The notes beneath the pieces were generated by a model. That model had not been told where the DNA came from. It saw nothing but the letters and a program-made list of their open reading frames with translations, and did no database searches. DNA of 64,000 nucleotides, taken from the NCBI GenBank assembly GCA_965603825.1, contig CBFDEM010000016.1, positions 248,001-312,000 on the forward strand, given 5' to 3'. Origin of the DNA: Blepharisma stoltei ATCC 30299 (lineage: Eukaryota > Protista > Ciliophora). Of this stretch, positions 37,656 through 50,256 are shown in pieces; position 1 is the stretch's first letter, and every line of letters starts with the position of its first letter. The translations under genes were made by a program, and so were the position numbers.

Positions 37656-37834
37656 TAACAATTTATTAAGTATATGCATAAATTTATTGGCAAGATTAGT
37701 TTAAAAAATACTTATAATTTTTAGCCATTTATTTTGATAATCCTAATAATTTAGTAAGATATAATAAATTATTTTTATTTTCTCTTTTATGATTAATTAT
37801 GCAGCTTGAAGAATTATTATAAAACACTTTGACT

Positions 37835-38467
37835 TTAAATCATCATTATTGTGCTTAAATTCTTGACATTATATTGCGAAATCCGTTTATGACTATCATT
37901 CAACTCTTGTAAAGTAAAAATAAGCCTTTCACTTTCAGATGGAATTTTTTTAAAGATTTTTCGTTTTAATTCTTCTACTGTAGCATTATCTTTGATTTTT
38001 ATTTTCTCCTTTTTTCGACTGGTTAAGTCTTGCAAATAAACATAAAAGGCATTTTTGTCTTCTTTTTTTGGCTTTCTGGATTTTTCTTCTTTCGAATCAC
38101 TGATTTTTTCTTTCAGAGTTTCATTTTGTGTTTTTAATTTTTCATTTTCTTCAGTAAGGCTTGTGTTTCTTTTAAGCAACTTTTTCACCAATTTTTTCTC
38201 TGAAGTTCTCCGTTTCATTATCATTGGAAGTGTTTCAGAATTTTGCTCTATGAAATTACTATTACGTAATTTCCGAGCAAATGGATCCTCAAATTCAATC
38301 ATTTTATCACGCTTTTTAACCCACTTAGAAATAGTGCTATGAGCAATATTGTATTTTTCAGCTAAATCTCTTAAAGTTGCGTTTGTATCATTATACTCGT
38401 CAACTATGCTAAGTTTATCTGCAATTGTGAGTCACCTCCTTGGATGCTTTAAAGGAAATAGATCCAT
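37835..38467 (-). CDS. CENP-B/Pogo-type HTH - coiled coil - ubiquitin-like domain protein
   Basis: ATG 38467 in frame via one TGA; RR[W]LTIADKLSIV...LRDLAEKYNIAHSTISKWVKKRD; C-terminal FYVYLQDLTSRK..IKIKDNATVEELKRKI...ERLIF..QELND..ISQYNVKNLSTIMMI. Confidence 0.82.
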
Positions 38468-38640
38468 TGGTCAATCACGATTGTATTAAATATAAATAAT
38501 CCCCCTGGTTTGAACAAATAATTTAATCTGCTTTAATTTTATTTTTAATTAAATGATAAAAATTTCACTTTAAACCATGGTAAATTCATATTACACAAAT
38601 AAAAAGCATTAATAAAATTTCTAATGAAAGTATTTATGGC

Positions 38641-39834
38641 TTAGTTTATTACTCCCGCGTCCATTAGGTACCCAATGCAGTCATCATAAGTATTATATCT
38701 GCTCACTGCTTTATAAAGTTGCATTTTAGCAGCCACTTCTGGGTATTCCCTCTTTATCATTTCAGCTAACTGTATTTTAGCTTCTCCCAGTGTTACTAAA
38801 GCTTCATTAACTTTTTGGATTGCTGGGTCAATTACTGGAGCTCTGAACCCTGGAAAGGGACATGACATTGATAATCCTTTGCTGTTCTCTTCATTTTTTT
38901 CCTCTTCTGACCCCTCATCTTCCTCATCTTCATCTAAATTCAATAATGAATATGCAATGCTCACCACATCATGATCCTTCATCACTCTTATGCTAATGCT
39001 GCTCAGGTTCTCAATAGATATCTCCAACTCGTGGGTTTCTCCAGGCTGCAGGGTTTTCCCAACAGGATATGACTGAGAAGTTTCATTACAAAATACATAG
39101 AGATTATCTAAGTTCTCATTCGAAGAATTAGCAATTGTGCAGCACAAATTGTCGTTGTCTCCCAATTCTGCACCCTTGAATTCAACCTTCATTATTGGAA
39201 ACAGCTCGGAGACTGGCCTTCCATCAACTTTTGCAATGATGTGATTTCCATAGTAATCAAAACTGGGGTTAAGTTTACCTAGATGCCTTTTTATGTTAAT
39301 TTCTGGCTCGAGCAGTCTGATTTCAGCTATTTTTTCGTTCGATTCTGATATGAAAAATTCGACTTTTCGGAAATAATCTTGAGTTGCATTTTCTACACAA
39401 AGGACCCAATTGAGATTGTCTTCATCGTCCTTTTTACAGTAGAATCTAAGGATGCTGACTTTAGAATTCTCGTCTATTTTTTCTTTTGGAAAAGCTACCT
39501 TTGCCTTAGCCTTCAGCATATTTGTAGATTCATGCAACTTTTTGAGTGCCTCAATTGCAGGAGCTAGGATAGAAGGATCTGAAAAGTCTGAGTAGGCTTG
39601 GCCCTGCGTGCATTCAAGTTGGCAATTCAAGGATTGCAGCATCTCTGACAGCTGGCGATTGACAAAGCTAGCGTGCTCATTAAGGTTATTTGATTCATTT
39701 ATAGCAAGCAGGGAAGAATCCTCATAAAGCTGATCAAGTGCTAATTTAAATGCAGACTGCAGTTCTGGTGATAGCTCATCAAATAATCACTCAGAGTATT
39801 TTTCAAGAATTTCGGGATTGACAGGTTGAGCCAT
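38641..39834 (-). CDS. hypothetical protein, beta-sandwich-like middle, acidic linker, possible CUE/UBA-like tail
   Basis: ATG 39834 in frame via TGA with ORF 38641-39642; domain guesses are by eye only. Confidence 0.7.
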
Positions 39835-39848
39835 GTTAATTATAAAAT

Positions 39849-41363
39849 TTAATTATTTGGGATTTTTTCAATATAATCTTTCCATAGAATTCTTCCAGGC
39901 CTATGAAGTTCATTGGGCGGATAAGCTCTTTGTGCATTAACAACTGGAGTTTCATACTCATCTTTTTTGTTGATTAAGTTGCTTGCTAAGCATTTGTAAG
40001 CTTGAACAAGCCGCTCTACTTGATAATCGCCTTCTTTTAATTGATTTAGCTCATCCATATCTATCTTTTTAGCTGTGTTAAGCTTATATGTAAAATCGAT
40101 TATCCCTTGTAAAGGCTCTGTTATTGTTCTAGATTGATGATGGATTAAATAAATGATTAATATTGTAGTCACTAATGAGCAACACAATGTAATTCCTATA
40201 AACAATGACCCTTGCTCTTTTATTTTGGATTTTGCATCTTCTTTATATATCATGATGTCAGCCTCATTTACCAACAGCATAATTATATAATACCAAGTTC
40301 TCCCTTCTGTCGCACTTTCTTCATCAGAAATATCAATTGTTGTTTCTAATGATGTAGAAGCTACTCTGTAGATATTGTCATTTTCTATAAGATAGTTAAC
40401 ACCGCTTGCATTCTTTTGAATATCGCTTCAAAAATTTTGATAAGCAATATCATCCATGGACTTGTAGCTGTATTTTCAAAACCCGTACTCACCGCTTCTG
40501 AAAATATCTCCATTTCAATATATAATTGATACGTCTCCATGGCCTAAATATTGTAAATCAAGCTTTTTAAACATGGCTAAAATTGCTATGTCTACTGACA
40601 TTGTTCCTATCTTCTTCCCATCATTATCTACAAGAGAATAAACCAAAGACGCGATTGATTGGCCATTTCCTAGCGTATCATTATAAGCTGTAGTCCTTAC
40701 ATCGTTATAATCGTTTTCTGCATAAGATTGATATCAGACTTCATTTTTCGGGTCATAATCCTCTGGGAGTTCTGATCCAGGATACACAATAATAAAATTA
40801 GCATCTTCAAAATACATAAGATACCTTATAGTAGTTTGATTTGCTAAATATCTGATATTGCTTCATAGATAGCTAAGTGTTGATGATCGATTTAACATTT
40901 TTTGATCAACTGTCCCTAATGGAAAATAAGCTGAATACTCAAAGCTTACGTTTCTATTCCCATAAACATCTTCATAAACTTGCAGAGAAGACTCTGGGAT
41001 TTCTTGAAACTGCAAACTTTTTAAGTCTTCAAGAGCGAAAGTTGATTCATGATATGAGAAAATTAGCATATTGTTCATCATTCGTAAGAAGATTTCTGTT
41101 GTGGACATTTCAGCTGCTAATGCAGCCCCACCTGTGTAAATCAGAGAAATTAAGTCAGAGCTGGATTGTGTGTTTCGGGTTTCGTCGATTTGGAGAACAG
41201 TTTGGTTTAGTAGAAGTAAGGTATTTAATAGAACAAGAGTAATTATCATAGCAAGAATCACTGCTATTGAAAAAATATAACAAAAAAGCATTTGTCGCCG
41301 AATTGGTCAAGATTTTGCAATGCTAATTAATTCAGCCCAGAAATTTTTGATCATGTTGCACAT
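39849..41363 (-). CDS. TM-dCache-TM-HAMP sensor-like membrane protein
   Basis: Continuous 504-aa frame; VYPG...YDPKNEV[W]Y...AYND...IGTMSVDI; TM2 followed by ITEPLQGI...QVERLVQAY. Confidence 0.8.
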
Positions 41364-41811
41364 TTTGGCTTTATTTATAAATTTAACAACAAAGAGGGTA
41401 ATAAATATCAAACGTTCTGACCTTTATTAGAATTTTGAATTTTTGATTAATGGTTTATTTCTGTCACAGCAATTTTATTTTATGCACTTTTCTTCTTTTT
41501 TAGATTCTATAGTTCTTATGTATAAGGATTTCTTCTGAATGATTCATTTGCCTTAGAAAGGTATAATGCTTTATATCTGAAATTTTGATTACGCTATTTA
41601 AATTTATTTATAAAATTAATTTCAAAGTGCTCACAATAAAGCAAATAAAGGAAATAATCTCTCTAAATATCCTTGCTAAAGGCTGGATTGTTAAAAAATA
41701 TATAATTATCTAAAATTTTTATTTGCCTAGCTCCAGCTTCAATTTTATGCAGAAACCCAGCTTATTTCCTTATTATTTAGCTACAGACAAATTAAAGAGA
41801 ATGCTTATCTA

Positions 41812-43089
41812 TTAAGCTCTTCCGAATTTTAAATCCAGACTGATAGGAAGCTGGCTTTGCGTTAGACTAGTCTTGACTTTTAATTTGGAAAGTGTTGAAG
41901 ATGCATCAATAGTCCAATCACTTGTTCTAACTGCAGTACCATCAGCTGTCTTTGCCACTAGATTTCCTACTGTCAATGGTTTGTTCAAAGGATGGGCAAA
42001 ATCAAGCACGAGATATGGGTAGCTAAAGCTGACTTGGAATCCAACAGAATCAACCCTGCACATTCCCTCAACTTTGATTACTGAGAGAGCACACTCATAA
42101 CAAGCTGCGTCTGGCTCACAGGAATTGCAGGAAGCGGTGCAAGCTACATAAAGATTACAAATGCATTCAGTTCCGTAACTTGTATCATGGAGATAATAGT
42201 CTGGGTTGCATTGAGTGCAAACGGTATTTATCGAGCAATCAGCGCAATTAAGTGGACATTGACAGGCTGTGGTACTCAAGCATCCATAGTCTGGGTAGCA
42301 ATAAGTGGAGCAACTGTTTGAGCAAGTGGATGTAGTAGCTGCATAGCTTACTCCATTTGCATCTGCAAGAGTTATAGCAAGATCAGTAGTTGAAGCCCTT
42401 GAAACTGTCTTAAAAACTTGAATTTCATAATAATATCCAGCTACGCTAGATCCAAAACTTAAATAGCCACCAGGCATTACATAAGCGGTGCTAGATGAAC
42501 TTGATGTCTTCTCAACAGTAGCAAGGCTTGGAGTGAATATGCTCCAAGTTACATCGCTTGCTGGCTTTGCCCAATAAAAAGCGAAAAATAGTCACTTCCC
42601 TATGTAAAATTTACCAGTATCTACAGTTACATCGAAGTCTATGGAATTGTCAATTGTAGATAAACTATCAGCAAAGGTGAAAGTTATTTTTCCGTTATCT
42701 GAAGATGAAGATCCCTTGTAATAAGGGGGATTTTCTGAAGGGCCAAAATCAAAAGAGAATGGTTTTGAGTTTAGAGTTGAATCGAAGTAAACCCAAATGC
42801 TGATCCCAAATTCTGAAGGTGATGCACTTACAGCACTTGTGAAGTCTGCGACAATATTATAGGTCTCGGTAGATTTAGCTTGATAAGATGAACAGGTGCA
42901 AGAGGATGAGGTAATCGGAGAACTATCTGAGCGAACAATGTCCGGAGCTGTACCAAGAGAGTCTTTGATTTTTCCACTGTCTAGTCATTTGTTTGTTAGG
43001 ATCCAGCGAGCCCATGGGGAATATGCAGTGTGGCCTAAAGAAAGGCAAAGAATGAGGACGAGAGCACTAAGTTGGTTACACCTTGCCAT
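41812..43089 (-). CDS. secreted LamG/concanavalin-like + Cys-rich (furin/EGF-like) protein
   Basis: Signal peptide MARCNQLSALVLILCLSLG; FGISIWVYF, DTGK[W]LFFAF; CPLNCADC..CTQCNPDYYL repeats; continuous frame. Confidence 0.8.
42600..42614 (-). other. candidate in-frame stopless 15-nt intron
   Basis: GTAAATTTTACATAG; removal restores the LamG-like DTGKW. Confidence 0.65.
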
Positions 43090-44192
43090 TAATTTTATTA
43101 GCTATAAAGCATGGACGAATATTGCATAATTTAGGAGACTTAAGATTAAAACTCAAGAAAAGCTATAGTTGGCTATTAAAAATTATAAAAATTATGTAAA
43201 AAGAAAAAAATATTTGAGCATATTTAATTGCCGAGTTAAAAGGATAACTAATTTTTAGCTAAACATTAATTCAAATTAAAGTCGAAATAATTTTTATTAA
43301 TTATGGAAAGCTAAGAAATCTATATTTAAGCCTATCTATATGATGTAAAAATTCCAAAGTTTAAAATTTGTATTTGCTAAAAAGAGATGCTAAGACAGAT
43401 TGTTTTATGAAATATTGGTAAATTTGAAAAAATAAACTTTAAATGTTTTCGAAAAATTTCGCTAAGAATTTGAAAAGATATATAATAATTTTTTCAACTT
43501 TGTAAAAGCATATTTTAAGCCCTTTATTGGAAGAATATTTTTAAATTGCTTTCAGATTCCAAAATCTCTATATAAATTCGATACTAGTCTCATAATAATC
43601 GAAGTATTAATCTGAAAGCTCAATATTTTTAATCTAATTGAACACTAAGAAAGAAATAGCTAGAGCATTATGATGACCTTCCATAATTTAAATGGCGCAC
43701 ACTTAATTAAATCAAATTCGACTACCAAATTTTAGATCATATGCCACTGGCTACATCAGCTAAAGAGTTTAATTAGCTTAAAGCTTCTTATTAGTTCTAA
43801 TTCTTATATGCTTATTAGTTTTAACATCTAATTGCTTGACAGAGAAAATGCCAAATACCCTTGCATGTGATATCTCTAAATATTCTCTTATTTTTATAGA
43901 ATGTTTAATTTTATAAATCCCTTAACAAGTGAACTCTTTCCTAAATTAAATATTTTTATTGTTTTCTCTACGCATATATTGAAATTTAGATTCATTAGAT
44001 TTATTTCCTATGCCAGATCTCAATATCTTAAAATATGAAGAAAAAGTAAATTAAAATTGTTTTGAGATTCAACAAAAATATTTTATTTATTTTTATCACA
44101 AACAATAACGACAGATCTTAAAGCATCATTAAATATAATGCCAAATTATCAAAAGAATAATTATAAAACCCTTTTAAAATTGCTATTTAAAT

Positions 44193-47100
44193 ATGACTCA
44201 AGTTATCAGCTTTTCAGGGGAACAAACTCAATTGAATTCCCCTGTTTCTTTCTCAGGCCAAAGCACAGGATTCTTAGAAATTAGCACCACATATCGATCA
44301 TTTACAGGGACAAGAGTAGGTTCCGCTTCAGTAACTGGAAAAAGAATTCTTTCACAAAGTACACTATATCGGCCAGAAAGTGACAATTTAAGCAAATTTC
44401 CTATTCCTGTCCAAATTTTCACAAAATCAAAAAAACCATATAAAACACTAGAAAGCCAAAATGACAATTCAAATCTATCACAAAAATTTTTGTCAAAATC
44501 AAATACTGAAAGAAAATATTTAGGAAAAGTAAAGCAAACACCGCCTATCCATCCTTCTAAAACAAAACTAGCTAAAGAAGCAACGAAAATGAGCAAAAAT
44601 TTGATTATGAATAGACATCTTTCGCAGAGCAAGTCTCAGAAAAAGCTGTTTGAAGTTAAAACTCCATTTAGTAAGTCATTTTCGACTCCTGAAATAAAAA
44701 CAAAAGAGGTTGGGATAAAACCTGAGATCGCCAAAAAAATTGATGAAAATAAGCCAAGAGCTGTCACAAAAATCGACGATATTGTTAAGAAAACATTATT
44801 TCAAGAAAAGGCTAAAAAAGTCAGAAAAATCAAAGCGGAACAAGAGCTTAAAGCTAAAACAGAGCGAAGAAAAATCGAATTAAAAATCCAAAATAACCAA
44901 ATTCGCCAAGAAAATTCAATAAAATTTAGACAAGAAAAATTCCAACCAAAAATAGCTTGGGGCGCTAACGAAAAAAAAGTTTTAGGTTTGGACATGGTCG
45001 AGCTTCAAAAAGAAATTGAAGAGCAGCGCAAGCATAAAAGAGAAATTCGAGCCCACACAAAATCAGCTGAAAAAGATCGAATTGGATTGGAGTTTCTTGA
45101 AGAACTGAAATTAGAAATAGGAAAAGAGCCTCGAAGTAAAAGTGTAAACCAAGATATGATAATCCCATTTAAGGCTGTTAAAAAATCAGACCCAAAAATT
45201 CAAGCTTTTATAAAGGTTCAAAAAAAATCAAGAAAAGAATCAAAAGTTCAGGAAATGTTGCATCATCAAGCTGAAGAGGCTAAAAGGCTCACACAACTAA
45301 AACAATTAGATATTTTTGCAAAATCACAGATTTCTCAGCTGAAAAAGAAGAAAAAATCAAAAACAAATAAGAAAAAGAATAAAAAAAAATCGACAAAAAC
45401 TTGGATAGAAGAGTCTCCTATCAGTGAAATTGAGGAGCAGACTTTTCAGCCATTAACAACCAGAAAATTAATTAACGAGCACTCCGAAAGTAAAGACTCT
45501 TTCCAAGAAAATCTAGTTAGCACAATTAGTTATAAACCTAAAGAGGATTTAAAGCTCCAAGACAGCTTAAAGATATATATTGCTTCAGATACAAATTTAG
45601 AAGAAGGCGAGCCAAGTAGCAATATAAACTTTCAGGATTCATCTCCAACAAATAATCCCAAATTATTAGATAGTTCTTTATCAAATGGAAAATTTATTTC
45701 AGATTCGAACATTTCGATAGAAATAAGAAAAAATGATATCAAAAAAAGAATTGATGACCTGAAAAATCGTATAGGAAGAGTCAAAGAAAATTTCAAAGAA
45801 CCCTCTCCGAGTTCCAAAAATAAAGCAGCTGCTAAAATTCAATCCTATGTTAGGAAATTTCTATTGCTAAAAAGACTAGAGAAAGAGACTTTTACTAACG
45901 AGGATAATGAAGTTCAACAAATCCTATCAAAAGAAAAAAAATCCAAAAAAAATTTAGAAATTCAAGTAGAACCATCTCCTTATTCTTCTTCAGAAACAAG
46001 CTCTGAAATTCCAGCTGAAAATTTAATTGATATTTTAAGCCCAAAAATGAGCACAGCACATCTAGAAGACCGCTTAATAGAAGAACTTAAAAATATAGAA
46101 GAAATCAAGCACCAAAAAGATGAATATAAAGACATTTTAAAAGACCAAATAATTTGGCAAGGAAACCAAAAGCAAAATCTTCAAAAGTTAAAAGAAAAAG
46201 AGCTTAGGGAACTCAAAGAAATCACAGAAAAATCAGGCCTTGGAAAAGACATTGAGAAAATGTTAAGAAAAATAATAGAAGATAGATATATGCATCTAGG
46301 AAATTTAATAGAAGAAAATATAGAAAATGTCCAGGAAGCTTTAACCAAAGATCATGAGCATATTTCAATTCATAAAGAAAATGAAGAAGAAAATATGAAA
46401 GAATATACAGAAGATAGCTCAAGTGGAAGCAGTTATTTCGAGTCCCAAGCTTCTGATAAATTTATGGAAATGTTTAATAAAAAAAAACAAAAATTCAGTG
46501 AATCAGAAAGTGACAGTTTAAGACCAGTCAGCTATGAAAAAATTTTCCAAGACTTTTGAGAAAATAAAAAGTCTGAGGAAAGTGTAGAGGTTTTGAATAT
46601 TATCGGAAAAAGTGAAGAAAATGATGAAGGAGGTAAAAATTTCAGTGATGTCCCTTCATATTTAAGCAATATTACTGCAGAGCAATCAGAAAAAATAAAT
46701 TTTCCTGACTTTAATCAAGTGGCTAATATAGAAACTGATGAAGGGGATGAAATTTTCAAAAATCTTATTAGTGATGCATCATTTAAAGGCCCCGAAAACG
46801 AACCATTGAAAATTGAAGAAAATAAAGAAAATTCCCAAATTCAAAAAACTAGCTTTGAATGTGTAAATGAATCTGTTACAAGTTCTATCAAAAAAAATGA
46901 AAGTTTATCAGAAATTGAGGCTAAGTCTGAAGAAATATTAAAAGAATTAGATAATGCTATAGACAAAATATTAGAATTTCCAAGCATTTCTACAGAAAGT
47001 CCTGAATTTTCTAAACCAAACTTACCTGCAGTGTCTCCAAATATGAGTGAAGGGCCGTCAATAACCTCATTTGATTTACCAGTAAGCTCAAGCAGTCCTC

Positions 47101-48209
47101 ATCAAGGTGCAATTTTTATTGAAGAAGGGAAATCAACAGAAAATTCAAATCCTGCTAATAATATGACTGAAGAGGATTCTTCACTTTTTGATGAACTACA
47201 ACAGCTCACTACAGAGCCAGACAACCCTATAGAAAAGTCTCCATTTCAGTATAAGGTTAGTGACAGTGAAGACGAAAAGTCAAAGCCAACCACCCCAATT
47301 CCTGAGCTTCAAGAAGAAAAACCTCCCAGCCCAAAGCTTACTCGTGAAATCACCCCAGAACTTATTTCCCGAATTTCTGAGTCTATATTAGAAATGCTCA
47401 TAAGAGATGAAGTCATCCCTCAACTTTCTCAATCAAGCCAAATAAACTTTGAAGAGCTTATAAAAACCGATGAAAGCTTTCCTGAAGACCTTATGATTAA
47501 AACTGACTCTTTATCAGTCCAAAAATATGTGGAACAAATTTTTAACCTTGGGCTACACAATATTGAAGATTTTCTTAAAAATTTAACACTTCCTTTAAAA
47601 CGAAACCCATTAGATGCATTATCAAGAATGCAAGAAACTGAAATAGGAACTCATGTGGAGGGTGAATTCATTCAGCCACCTCCTATATTTAACGTTGATT
47701 ATTATTTGGAATTAGAACATCAGGACCTTTCATTTTCAAAAAAAAATGTGAGCCCTAGCACCTTGCAGCTATTATCAGAATGTGAGCATATTCATAATAA
47801 AATGATTTTTGATGCCACAAACGAATCTTTACAAAAACATAGGCCTTATGGACTTAAAGGAGTCCCTATGCCTTGGAGTAGCTCAAATAGGCTAATGGTG
47901 GATATGCATAAAGGCTTAGATGTGATTATAGAGGAGGTCAAAAAAGAAACAGAAAAATGGAGTTTGCTGCAAGCTGGGAAAATCCTTACCAAGGATATGT
48001 TTTTAACTGGAGGAGCTTTTGATGAAGAGTTTTTGCAGCAGACTAGAGAAGAAAAGTTAGCGATGCTACTAACAGATGATTTAGTAGAAAAAGATGATGT
48101 GTGGGTTGAGTATGAGTTTGAGGAAACTCAAGTAAAATTAGATCTTGCTGATATGATTTTAGAAGATCTTGTGATAGAAACATTTAGTATTTTAGATGAT
48201 AACTATTAA
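44193..48209 (+). CDS. large coiled-coil protein with IQ motif and CEP350/DUF4378-like C-terminus
   Basis: ORFs joined by TGA 46557; AAAKIQSYVRKFL; HNKMIFDATNESL...WVEYEFEETQVKLDLADMILEDLV. Confidence 0.85.
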
Positions 48210-48475
48210 ATTATGATGCAGAAAATTTATATAGAAATTTCAGTGTGCTTTGTTTGAAAAAAGATGAAGCATGGTGATTTTATTATTATAATCATTTGCA
48301 ATAAATAGCTATAGATCAGCTGAATTAATAGATTGACTCAATATTTTTTCGAATCATAAACCAGCTTAATTATAAATAAGTGCTACATTAAATAATTGCT
48401 CATGTATTCTAATCATCAATTTATAAATCTTGAAAATTTAGCTTGCTAACTATCTGAACTAATATTGTTGTAAAA

Positions 48476-50161
48476 ATGACTGATGCAAATAATCAGATTG
48501 ATGATCTCTTACAAGCTCTTCTATCATTAGATACCCAAAAGTTCAGACAAATTCTCCAAAGCCAACTCTTCGAAATTTGAGATCTAAAAACCTACAATGG
48601 AAACAACAGTGATCTATATTTAGTTTTTCATGAAATTGCGATTTCTCTAGTAAGAGAACCAGTTGCAATAGACTATTTTCAGCAAGCTGTTATAGAAGTA
48701 TTATAAATTTAGATAAATACTCGCTATCCTGACCAAAATATCGTCAAAAAAATGCTTGATCACCCTAATCATGATGATGGGAAAACTCCTTTGCATGTAG
48801 CAATTTTAACTGGCCGAAAAGTAATTTCCAACTAGAAATTAGCCAGAATTTATATTGATAATGGAGCTGATTTTTCTTTAAAAGACAATCAAGGCCAAAG
48901 CGCCACACATATTGCAGCTTCAAATGGCCAGCTAGCACTTTTGGCTTATTTTTTTAAAGAATTGCATATTCCTATAGATTTAAGGGACAATACAGGAAAA
49001 ACACCTTTACACATTGCAGCTTTAGAAGGCCAAGAACAAAGCGCAGGACTTTTAATAGCAGTTACAACTGATATGAATTTAAAAGATGATGAAGGTCACA
49101 CACCCCTTCATTTAGCAGCCATTTCAAAATCATACAGAATTGTTAGACACTTATTAATGAGAGGAGCTTCCAAAGATATAGTAAATAACGCAGGCTCTAC
49201 TCCTCTCAAAATCGCTGAACAAATAGGCTCACCTACACAAATCCAAGAAGTCTTAGAAAAACCTTGCATTTTAGCTCATATAAATCCTATTCGGCCACCG
49301 ATACAGCCTATAAAAAACTCTCGAAAAACCTTTATCTTTTATATAGCTGTTTTTATTATCCGATATTTTTTGATTTTTATGTGTATAGTTCCATTTGTTC
49401 ACATTCCAGTTGCTGCATCATCTTTTTTGATTTTTATGTTAACTTTAATTACTTTCGCAGCGTCCTCTGGTATTGATCCTGGATATGTAAAAAAGGACTC
49501 TGAGATGAGTTTGGTGGATTTATATGAAAAGTATAATGGAGATTTTGTGTGCCCTTATTGCGAAGTAAAGAGACCAAAATCTAATAAGCATTGCCAGCAC
49601 TGCAATCGTTGCGTCCAAAAATTTGATCATCATTGCCCATGGATAAATAATTGTGTAGGAGCTAGAAACCATAAATGGTTTTTTTCGTTTTTGTTTTTTA
49701 TTGAAATTGATTTTTTATTTCATATGGCGATAAGCCTCATGCTGCTTTTAGATGCGTATGGAGATGTGAGCGATGATCCTTTGTATGATAATCTCAATGA
49801 AATCAATCAATTCTGAGAAATTTCTCTAATTATTATTTTTTCTGTATGTGGAATAGCATTTCTATTAGTTTTACCGTTATTTTATGTACAAGTTGTCAAT
49901 CTATTAAGCAATACAACAACACATGAAAGGTTTGCCTTTAAGAAGTCAGCAAGAAAATCAGGAAAAAATCTAGATTCAGATACAAGCTCGATGCTGCTAC
50001 CATCTGAAGAAAATGATCTGACAACAATGAGTGGAATTTCAGCCTATGGTGTAAGTGAAGTCACAATTAAGCACACTACAAGCTGTTGTTTTTGTTTGAA
50101 GAGAGAAAAAACCTTGACGTGGAGTGAAATGAATGAGTTTGAAGAGCAAGAAAAAGTGTAA
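48476..50161 (+). CDS. ankyrin-repeat DHHC palmitoyltransferase (Akr1/ZDHHC17-like)
   Basis: GKTPLH ankyrin repeats, HCQHCNRCVQKFDHHCPWINNCVG, NTTTHE; three 15-nt introns. Confidence 0.94.
48609..48623 (+). other. candidate in-frame stopless 15-nt intron
   Basis: GTGATCTATATTTAG; removal yields ankyrin-like NGNNIFHEIA. Confidence 0.7.
48698..48712 (+). other. 15-nt spliceosomal intron
   Basis: GTATTATAAATTTAG with in-frame TAA and TAG. Confidence 0.88.
48821..48835 (+). other. 15-nt spliceosomal intron
   Basis: GTAATTTCCAACTAG with in-frame TAG inside an ankyrin repeat. Confidence 0.9.
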
Positions 50162-50256
50162 AAAACGATGAATTCTTCATAATTATAAATTTACTAATAT
50201 AAGGCGAAAGAAATAATAAAGCAAAATTATAATTGAATTGCTCTAAATTATAAACA

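Noticed and set aside
37835-38467. Autonomous Pogo transposon
   Set aside because: No DDE domain, TIRs or target-site duplication visible; only the HTH is present
42896-43129. 77-aa plus-strand ORF
   Set aside because: Antisense to the 5' part of the secreted LamG-like gene
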